A stretch of 54,542 nt of DNA from NCBI GenBank assembly GCA_902772715.1, contig CACYBT010000294.1:1-54542 (forward strand), read 5' to 3'. How positions within the stretch are numbered: the stretch's first letter is position 1; each line of letters begins with the position of its first letter. The DNA is from an uncultured Succinivibrio sp. (GTDB lineage Bacteria > Pseudomonadota > Gammaproteobacteria > Enterobacterales > Succinivibrionaceae). Positions 47,942-54,542 of this stretch are shown piece by piece. The position numbers were made by a program, and so were the translations under genes. The notes below the pieces were generated by a model that had not been told where the DNA came from, searched no databases, and saw only the letters and a list, made by a program, of their open reading frames with translations.

Positions 47942-47970
47942 ATATTAGCATAAATTTAAAGCAATGGCAA
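47942..47970 (-). promoter_or_regulatory. Sigma70 promoter, leaderless abiEi transcript
   Basis: Minus strand TTGCCA, 17 nt, TAATAT, 7 nt, ATG (47934). Confidence 0.7.
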
Positions 47971-47974
47971 GGTT

Positions 47975-48607
47975 TTATTGTTCAAATAATAAATTATTCT
48001 TTTTACATAGTAACAGCATAATACATGTATTTAATTTATCCCTAATTGCTATATTCTTTACGGTCCTACTATAATTAACCATATTCATTAACAAAAAATC
48101 TAACCGCCGAAGTTGGTTATTAAAAGCCAGTTTTGAATAAAACCCTTTTATGAAAGGATCGTCTTTATAATCATCCGAAATGGTAATCTGATAATCAGAA
48201 GTTCTTTCAAAAACTTGAGCAATTAGGTTGTCATCTGGATCTAATAAAGATTGATGCTCTTCATCAATAAAAAAGCTTCCCTTTTTCCTATTACAAAAAA
48301 AACAAGAGAATCTTAAATTTGTAATTTTTCCTGCAATATTATCATCTTCGGATTTTGCTCTACAAATAAAGTGATCAATTTCAAACTGTTTCAAATCATT
48401 TATATCGCTTGACACTCCACAATATGCACATTTTTTATTATATATATCAGCAAAACTATTAAAAAAACTTAATTTTTTATTATTTACCTTCCGGTATATG
48501 TTTTTTTGACCAGGGTATGTCAACAAAATAGTTGCTTGTAAGTCTTCTTTTTTACTTTTTACATTTGAAAGATTTTTACATAGGGGTGTGTTTCTATAGT
48601 CACTCAT
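47975..48607 (-). CDS. HNH endonuclease
   Basis: CAYCG...EIDHF...NLRFSCFFCNRKK zinc-binding HNH motif; start overlaps the receiver gene stop. Confidence 0.88.
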   Translation of the reverse strand: MSDYRNTPLCKNLSNVKSKKEDLQATILLTYPGQKNIYRKVNNKKLSFFNSFADIYNKKCAYCGVSSDINDLKQFEIDHFICRAKSEDDNIAGKITNLRFSCFFCNRKKGSFFIDEEHQSLLDPDDNLIAQVFERTSDYQITISDDYKDDPFIKGFYSKLAFNNQLRRLDFLLMNMVNYSRTVKNIAIRDKLNTCIMLLLCKKNNLLFEQ

Positions 48608-49202
48608 TTTCTAGCAGTTCCTTTATTTCTTCAAAATTCGAAACAAGATTATCTATATCTTCTTTGGAGAGCGTATCATAATCTAAAATTCCATTTAGGT
48701 TATTTTCTATTTTTTCTAAAAGAATTGCATCAATATTTTTATTCGTTTTTAATTTTTCATTTATTCTTCTATATAGAAGAATAATATCAATTGCTTTATC
48801 CAACCTTTCTTTTAATACACCATTATAAAAAGTTTCTGCGGATTGGCGTTTGCTTGAATCATACTTGGAAATAATATCATATCCTGAAATTATTGCATTT
48901 TGAGTAATTACAATAATTTCTTTATACGGAAAAATTTTTTTTATTATAACACGAAATTCCTCGCCAGAAAGCTTTGCCTCGGCCACAGATACATTTTGAA
49001 AAAGTTTTGAATCAATAATTATAACATCAGCTTTATTTACCTTAATATCATTTAATAGGCTTTCATAGCTACCATTTTCTGATCTGAACAATAGTTCATC
49101 ATAAATTTTTTCAATTATTGGGTTGTTATAAACTTCATTTAAATATCTTTCTGTATGATGATCAAGGTCATCATCTATATACAAAATATTAATTTTTTCC
49201 AT
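48600..49202 (-). CDS. Receiver (REC) domain protein with helical C-terminal extension
   Basis: ILYIDDD acidic pocket, VIIID phospho-acceptor, IVITQ Thr and ISKY Lys; no recognisable HTH. Confidence 0.78.
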   Translation of the reverse strand: MEKINILYIDDDLDHHTERYLNEVYNNPIIEKIYDELLFRSENGSYESLLNDIKVNKADVIIIDSKLFQNVSVAEAKLSGEEFRVIIKKIFPYKEIIVITQNAIISGYDIISKYDSSKRQSAETFYNGVLKERLDKAIDIILLYRRINEKLKTNKNIDAILLEKIENNLNGILDYDTLSKEDIDNLVSNFEEIKELLENE

Positions 49203-49205
49203 ATA

Positions 49206-51347
49206 TTAAATTTTTCCTCCTATTGTAAAACTGATAAAAAATCCACCATTACCCAAAATATCTCTAATTGTACCCCCCGTCATATCTACTGTATTATTAA
49301 CAATCCACATACCGAGCCCATGCCCGTTTGATCTTGTTGTTTCATGTGGCTCAAGTATCCTTCTTGGGTTATTGATATATTTTTTAGCCAATCCAACACC
49401 ATAATCTTTATATGTTAAATTTAAAAAATCGGTATCCGCTTTAATAGAAATATCGATTTGAATTGTATTTGAAGAGTCGTTCTGCTGAACTGTATTCAAT
49501 ATTAGGTTGTCAAAAATAACATTAATAACATCTTCTGGAATAAAAAATTCAAGAGAACTATCAATATCAAGATTAAAAGTTATCCAAGAATAATCCTCCT
49601 TCCATCGGTCAATAATTTTTTCTATTAAACATTTAATATTATATTGTTGTGCAAAGAATTGCCTTTTTTCTATTTCCTCCAACATTGAATCCATAAACTG
49701 AAGAATTTTTGTTCCGACTTTTTTATTCTTATCAAGTAAAGCCGGAACGTTTTTATAAAAATATTTTGTCTTTTCAGGATTATTAAGCTCATCCCAAATA
49801 TTATAACTTTTTAAAGCTTTTACTATATATTCATAATTATCTGCCAAAGTATTACGATCATTCTTTAAATCATGTGCAATAGAAGTCGCTCTTAACCCAG
49901 AACTAGCTAAAACATTCAGTAGTCTAACATCGTATCTATATCGTTCTTCATTTTCTTTTGTTTGTTGCTGCCACTCTTCCTTTTCATCCTTATTATGCTT
50001 TATTTCATCTAATAACTCTTGTACTTCTTCGTTAGATAAAGTAGCAATTTTATTAGGATCTTTTGAAAGCTTATCTAAAATATTCGTTTTTTTAAAAAAA
50101 GTCTTTTCTTTATTTTTCTTATTAATTAACCTAATTATAGATTGTCGATAACGTTCAAATTCTGAAATACCAACTAAAATAATGCTAGTAAAGAGCTTAT
50201 AATAATCATTTTCATCCAATCCTTGTCTATTTGCTAAATCCTTCAGGTTTTTATTGTTTTTTTTGTCAATAGAAACAAATCCGGAAATTTGGTTCTCTCG
50301 AACTCGCCAAGAACCTGTTGGATGAGTGGCTGCTGCCGGAGATATTCTTGTGCGTTTTCCCAATTCCAACCAATCTTTATATCCCTCATAAGATGAAATG
50401 CTAAAAGAATTACGGTATAATATTATTCCCGAATCATATCTATCCTCTAAAGATGTGTACTTATAATAAAACTTTTCTTCATCCGTTTTCAGAGATCTGT
50501 TAATACTAAAAAAGAAATGTGCAGAAAAATCCCCGAGTTCTTTTAATAACACATCTAAATTTTTGTCTCTAAATTTCACAGAATTCATTAATTCTGAAAA
50601 AATATTAATAATATTAGAATATTTTTTTATGTTTATATTTCCGCAAAGCTTTTGTGCTTCTGGAAGAAATTCATCAGAAATAATATCTATTTGCAATAAT
50701 TGATTTGTGCACAAATACTTTAAACTAATATCTGAAACAAAGTTACGACCAAGATGTGGCTCTAAAAACAATCTCGGAATAGCTATATTAGTCTTATCAT
50801 AAAATAAATTGATAATCATTGCGGTATCATTATATACACGACCAAGATAAGTCGCCAATTTTCTAGCTTCATTTTCTGTCCATTTATCCCTTAGTTCTTT
50901 AATAGAAAATTCCGTCCCTTTTTGTTTTATCAGTTCTTTTTCTTCTAAACTGTTTTTCTTCCAATCTGTTTTCCACTCAATAGCAGAATACCCTTTTTTC
51001 AAAGACCTCATAGTAATAGTTTGACCAAGGCGAGCTAAAGCAAAACGGCCAATTCCCTTTGAGCCAGCTAGAATTCTTGTTTTTCCATTATCATCAATTA
51101 TTTGATAGTCTTTATCGCTTTTTCCCACATGCATCCAATTATTTAAAAATATTTTTTTATTCATTCCCAATCCATTGTCTATTATTTCTATGGACTGTGG
51201 GGTTATTCTGATTGATAATTCAGTGGCATTTGCATCAAAAGCATTTTTTACAAGCTCTAATATAGCAGATTCTTTGGTTGAAAAACTCTGAACACCTAAC
51301 AATTCTACTATAGTGCTATCGTCAATAATATACTTTAAATCTTCCAT
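49206..51347 (-). CDS. MORC/MutL-type GHKL ATPase fused to a histidine kinase (cytoplasmic)
   Basis: N-terminal ELVKNAFDA, DNGLGM, GSKGIGRFA, GT. C-terminal H-box IAHDLKN, N-box FDNLILN, DYGVG, ETTR, GHGLGMW. ATG at 51347 follows GAGGA. Confidence 0.88.
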   Translation of the reverse strand: MEDLKYIIDDSTIVELLGVQSFSTKESAILELVKNAFDANATELSIRITPQSIEIIDNGLGMNKKIFLNNWMHVGKSDKDYQIIDDNGKTRILAGSKGIGRFALARLGQTITMRSLKKGYSAIEWKTDWKKNSLEEKELIKQKGTEFSIKELRDKWTENEARKLATYLGRVYNDTAMIINLFYDKTNIAIPRLFLEPHLGRNFVSDISLKYLCTNQLLQIDIISDEFLPEAQKLCGNINIKKYSNIINIFSELMNSVKFRDKNLDVLLKELGDFSAHFFFSINRSLKTDEEKFYYKYTSLEDRYDSGIILYRNSFSISSYEGYKDWLELGKRTRISPAAATHPTGSWRVRENQISGFVSIDKKNNKNLKDLANRQGLDENDYYKLFTSIILVGISEFERYRQSIIRLINKKNKEKTFFKKTNILDKLSKDPNKIATLSNEEVQELLDEIKHNKDEKEEWQQQTKENEERYRYDVRLLNVLASSGLRATSIAHDLKNDRNTLADNYEYIVKALKSYNIWDELNNPEKTKYFYKNVPALLDKNKKVGTKILQFMDSMLEEIEKRQFFAQQYNIKCLIEKIIDRWKEDYSWITFNLDIDSSLEFFIPEDVINVIFDNLILNTVQQNDSSNTIQIDISIKADTDFLNLTYKDYGVGLAKKYINNPRRILEPHETTRSNGHGLGMWIVNNTVDMTGGTIRDILGNGGFFISFTIGGKI

Positions 51348-51354
51348 AACATCC

Positions 51355-52752
51355 TCACTCTCCAAATGTATAATTCATAATGTCTTTTGAAGTAATTCTT
51401 ACAGATGTACCACTAATATGAATTCCAACGTTTTTAGCATATTCTAAAAAATCGTCTGTTTCCAGTATTTGTTTCGCCGTCTCTAATGAATTATTACCAA
51501 GTGCTGTAATAAACATTCCCGAATAGGGAATACAATTGCTGTTAAGTTTAAAAATTTTTATTGAATTGGTAACAACTGTTGAAAGCAAAAGTTTTTTTGA
51601 GTTGATATGATTTAGAGCTTGACTTCTTCCAAATTCAAACCAATTAGTATTCTTATCTTTCATACGTTTATCTAATTTTTCTCTAAATTTATTAAGGTGT
51701 GCTGTTGCTCCAGGAAATAGATATTCAAAATTTTCAACTGAATAATGTTTTAAAATCCCATTTTCATAAAAGTAAGGGAAAATAATATATTCTTTCTTTT
51801 TGTTTTCTCTTGGAGTTGCAGCAACTCTTAATATTTCTTTTTCAATGCTTATATCATCACAAATTATCTCGTTGTCTTTTCTTTTCCACTTTTTTAAAAC
51901 AAATGCATCATTATAAAGCGTTGCAATCACATGAGAAACCCGATAGTAATCTCCAAATCGCTTTTTTTTGCTCTTTTTAGAAGCAAAAATCCATTTGTTA
52001 CCCAAATCACACGAATTAATTTTCAATTTATAATTATTTGAGTAATCTTTATATATAATGTTTTTCTTATTATTTTTGCTATTAAGAATAATAATTGCTG
52101 ATTTTACCAAGACATCTTTAAATATTTGAAAACTTGTGTAATCTTTTATTTCTACCAATCCAGGAAGTATTATATTTCTAAGTTTTTCCCCAAAAACAGT
52201 TTTAAAAATACTGTTAGGGATTAAATATGACATCTTTCCAGAGGAAGATAAAGATAAAAAGCTTTTTTCAATAAAAGCATAACAATAATCAAATTTACCA
52301 TGTTTGCAAGAAGCAAATTTTTCTTTTAAGAATTTTCGTTCTGCTATTGATAGTTCCTTATAAGTAACATATGGGGGATTTCCAATAATAAAATCAAATT
52401 CTTCGTCATTATCCCAACGAAGATAATCTGTATTATAAATATTCCAATGCACAAAAGGAATTGAATTGTATTCCAATAATTGATTCAGGTCTAAAATACA
52501 TTTTTCATATTGTTCTTTATCTATTTCAATACCATAAATATCCCTTGATAATCCTTTGGCAATTTCTATATCTGAAAAAAAATTTCGCTTGCCATCTTCT
52601 ATATATCTCAGAACTATACCTTTTAAAATATTCCCATCTCCGCAAGAATTTTCTAACACTTTTTTCCCAATAATATTTTTTTTATAATTTACACTATCAA
52701 GTAATTCTGAGACATAATTTTTTGGTGTAAAAACTTGGCATTTTTCTTTCAT
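51355..52752 (-). CDS. N6-adenine DNA methyltransferase (gamma class, TaqI/Eco57I-like)
   Basis: QVFTP, LENSCGDGN motif I, IGNPPY motif IV, D.CYAFIE and YLIPNS; C-terminal target-recognition region. Confidence 0.9.
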   Translation of the reverse strand: MKEKCQVFTPKNYVSELLDSVNYKKNIIGKKVLENSCGDGNILKGIVLRYIEDGKRNFFSDIEIAKGLSRDIYGIEIDKEQYEKCILDLNQLLEYNSIPFVHWNIYNTDYLRWDNDEEFDFIIGNPPYVTYKELSIAERKFLKEKFASCKHGKFDYCYAFIEKSFLSLSSSGKMSYLIPNSIFKTVFGEKLRNIILPGLVEIKDYTSFQIFKDVLVKSAIIILNSKNNKKNIIYKDYSNNYKLKINSCDLGNKWIFASKKSKKKRFGDYYRVSHVIATLYNDAFVLKKWKRKDNEIICDDISIEKEILRVAATPRENKKKEYIIFPYFYENGILKHYSVENFEYLFPGATAHLNKFREKLDKRMKDKNTNWFEFGRSQALNHINSKKLLLSTVVTNSIKIFKLNSNCIPYSGMFITALGNNSLETAKQILETDDFLEYAKNVGIHISGTSVRITSKDIMNYTFGE

Positions 52753-52760
52753 TTTTATGC

Positions 52761-53438
52761 TTATATTTTCTTTTCCATTTCTTTTCTTAAGTCTGTCAAT
52801 ATTTTCCCTTTATATGAAAAATATTTTGCCCCTTGATACGCCCCAGAAGAATTATGCTGATTTGGGGGTAAAAAAGTACCAACAAAAGGAGATAATTTAT
52901 ATAATCTTCCCTGATATTCTATTTTGTCATCTCCCGCTACTTTAACCTCAATTCCTGTAGGAATAAAAATTACTGTTTCTCCTGTCTTTATATTAACCAT
53001 GCTAAATTTAAACCGTGGGTGTTTTGTTTTTGTTGTTATATCTTTCTGTATATATTTATTTGGTTTTGAAGAACCACTTTTATTTAAATAAACTTCATCT
53101 ATCTCTGCGTCATCAATAGTGGTTGAAATATCTTTTAAAATGTCTAAAGCAACTTGAGGTTGAACATTAAAAAATTCCCTATTTTGGCGTATTCGCAAAT
53201 CCGTAAGACGGTCGATTGTTTTATGTATTAATTTTTCAACTTTTTCATATTTTGCAGTTCTTAATGTTGCATAAATTTCAAATGGCAACGGAACAGCCGT
53301 GTTATCTAATTCTTTAGATCGCAAATTAACTGGCCGAGAACTTTTTCCTATTTTAACCCAATCTTCTCTGAAGCTCGGATTTGTCAAAATATAAACATAA
53401 CCCGCTTTATCTAGTTTATCCTCTTTCAAAATACCCAT
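52761..53438 (-). CDS. GIY-YIG (T5orf172-like) nuclease with C-terminal RAMA-like domain
   Basis: GYVYILTN, VKIGK, R..EL..TAVP.PF and REFF motifs; C-terminal GAYQGAKYFSYKGKILTDLR. Confidence 0.82.
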   Translation of the reverse strand: MGILKEDKLDKAGYVYILTNPSFREDWVKIGKSSRPVNLRSKELDNTAVPLPFEIYATLRTAKYEKVEKLIHKTIDRLTDLRIRQNREFFNVQPQVALDILKDISTTIDDAEIDEVYLNKSGSSKPNKYIQKDITTKTKHPRFKFSMVNIKTGETVIFIPTGIEVKVAGDDKIEYQGRLYKLSPFVGTFLPPNQHNSSGAYQGAKYFSYKGKILTDLRKEMEKKI

Positions 53439-53531
53439 TTTAAAATCCTCTTATATAATTATATTTAATCATATCATTTTATTATTAGCAATGGCTATTT
53501 TTATAACTTTTTTCTATATAACTACATCTAC

Positions 53532-53560
53532 TTGTTGCTTATATTTTTTTCATATATACT
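53532..53560 (+). promoter_or_regulatory. Sigma70 promoter, leaderless pfkB-family transcript
   Basis: TTGTTG, 17 nt, TATACT, 7 nt, ATG (53568); no SD sequence. Confidence 0.6.
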
Positions 53561-53567
53561 TTTTCCT

Positions 53568-54542
53568 ATGAAATATGACTTTTTCAGTATGGGGAACATC
53601 CTTACTGACATTTTAATCAGCGTAGAAGACAGGGATCTAGCTGCCCTGGGTATCCACAAGGGAACAATGAAGATTATAGACCACCAGGAGGGGGAAAAAT
53701 TACTCCAGTATTTGGCTGGTTATAAGACCAAGTATTACTGCGGCGGATCTGCCGCAAATACTATGATTACCCTCTCTGAATTAGGGCCTAAGGTGGTGCT
53801 CTGTGGTCGGGCAGGAAACGATAATTTCGGACAGATTTATATAGATAGACTTTCGGAACGGAAGAACCTGACATCTGCCATTGTCCGAGAAGATGGTGAC
53901 ACCGGCTCCAGTATAGTTTTGATTACCCCTGATTATGAGCGATCTATGAACACAAACCTGGGAATCTGCAAGAATTTCTCGCCCGAAGATATTGATGAAA
54001 AAGTTCTGAAAGAAGCTGATATGCTCTACTTTACCGGATACATGTGGGATACCGAGAACCAGAAGCAGGCTGTTATGAAAGCACTGGATATCTGCAAAGC
54101 TAACGATATAAAAGTTGCTTTTGATGTGGCAGATAAACTGAGTATTCAGCGTTATAAAGATGATTATTTAATCATTATCCAGCAGCATTGTGACTATGTG
54201 TTTGCCAACAAAAAAGAGGCCGCTACCCTCTTTGAAAGTGAAGATCCAGAAGTTTGTGTCAAGCTGCTTTCAGGTTTAGGTTGCACTGCTATTGTAAAGC
54301 TTGGGGATAAAGGCGCTTTGATAAAGGCACCGGGAGAAGAGACCATTCCTGTTCCGGTAAAAGGCTTCACAACATGTGTGGACACCACTGGTGCAGGAGA
54401 TACCTTTGCAGCCGGATTCCTCTATGGTATTGACCGTAAGAAGTCACTGGAAGAAGCAGGAAGCTATGCCTCCATCGCCGCATCAGCTATAATTGCAAAA
54501 TTCGGTGGCCAGTTTAATAAAGCTGAAATCGAAGAGCTGAAA
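53568..54542 (+). CDS. PfkB/adenosine-kinase-family kinase (3' end runs off the window; absent from ORF track)
   Basis: MKYDFFSMGNILTD..., GGSAANT, G.D.FG, ERSM and the VDTTGAGDTFAAG PfkB signature. Confidence 0.9.
   Translation, partial: MKYDFFSMGNILTDILISVEDRDLAALGIHKGTMKIIDHQEGEKLLQYLAGYKTKYYCGGSAANTMITLSELGPKVVLCGRAGNDNFGQIYIDRLSERKNLTSAIVREDGDTGSSIVLITPDYERSMNTNLGICKNFSPEDIDEKVLKEADMLYFTGYMWDTENQKQAVMKALDICKANDIKVAFDVADKLSIQRYKDDYLIIIQQHCDYVFANKKEAATLFESEDPEVCVKLLSGLGCTAIVKLGDKGALIKAPGEETIPVPVKGFTTCVDTTGAGDTFAAGFLYGIDRKKSLEEAGSYASIAASAIIAKFGGQFNKAEIEELK

Noticed and set aside
48600-51347. Ordinary environmental two-component system
   Set aside because: No TM sensor, a second GHKL ATPase domain, no DNA-binding output, and the pair sits between an MTase and an HNH gene.

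Overview
This is an AT-rich bacterial accessory region, almost entirely on the minus strand. The gene content and promoter style suggest a spirochaete, but that is low-confidence inference. It has three parts. (1) A ~41 kb surface-glycan locus (1-41443) that continues past the left edge. It encodes a winged-helix regulator with a palindromic operator, rfbFG, rmlAB and an antibiotic-type 2-deoxy/4-amino sugar cassette. It also has a pseB/neuB/pseF nonulosonate pathway lacking pseC and pseG, two flippases, two GtrB-like GT2s, GtrA and two paralogous GT-C-like membrane proteins. Two CDP-alditol/TagF modules, LicD, a YerE-like ThDP enzyme and an acyltransferase behind a poly-G promoter complete it. 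Three defence-type genes (DUF262, HEPN, ABC-ATPase) interrupt the locus. (2) A ~12 kb defence island (41627-53438): a frameshifted DUF4365-like nuclease, a membrane protein/Cas2-VapD-like/TPR-DUF2971 operon, an AbiE pair with a nonsense-inactivated toxin, and an intact five-gene operon (GIY-YIG-RAMA, m6A methyltransferase, MORC-ATPase/histidine kinase fusion, receiver protein, HNH nuclease). The five-gene operon is the best candidate for an uncharacterised system: restriction-modification apparently gated by phosphorelay. (3) A truncated PfkB kinase at the right edge. No rRNA, tRNA, CRISPR array or transposase was seen. All family calls come from motifs read by eye, not from database searches.
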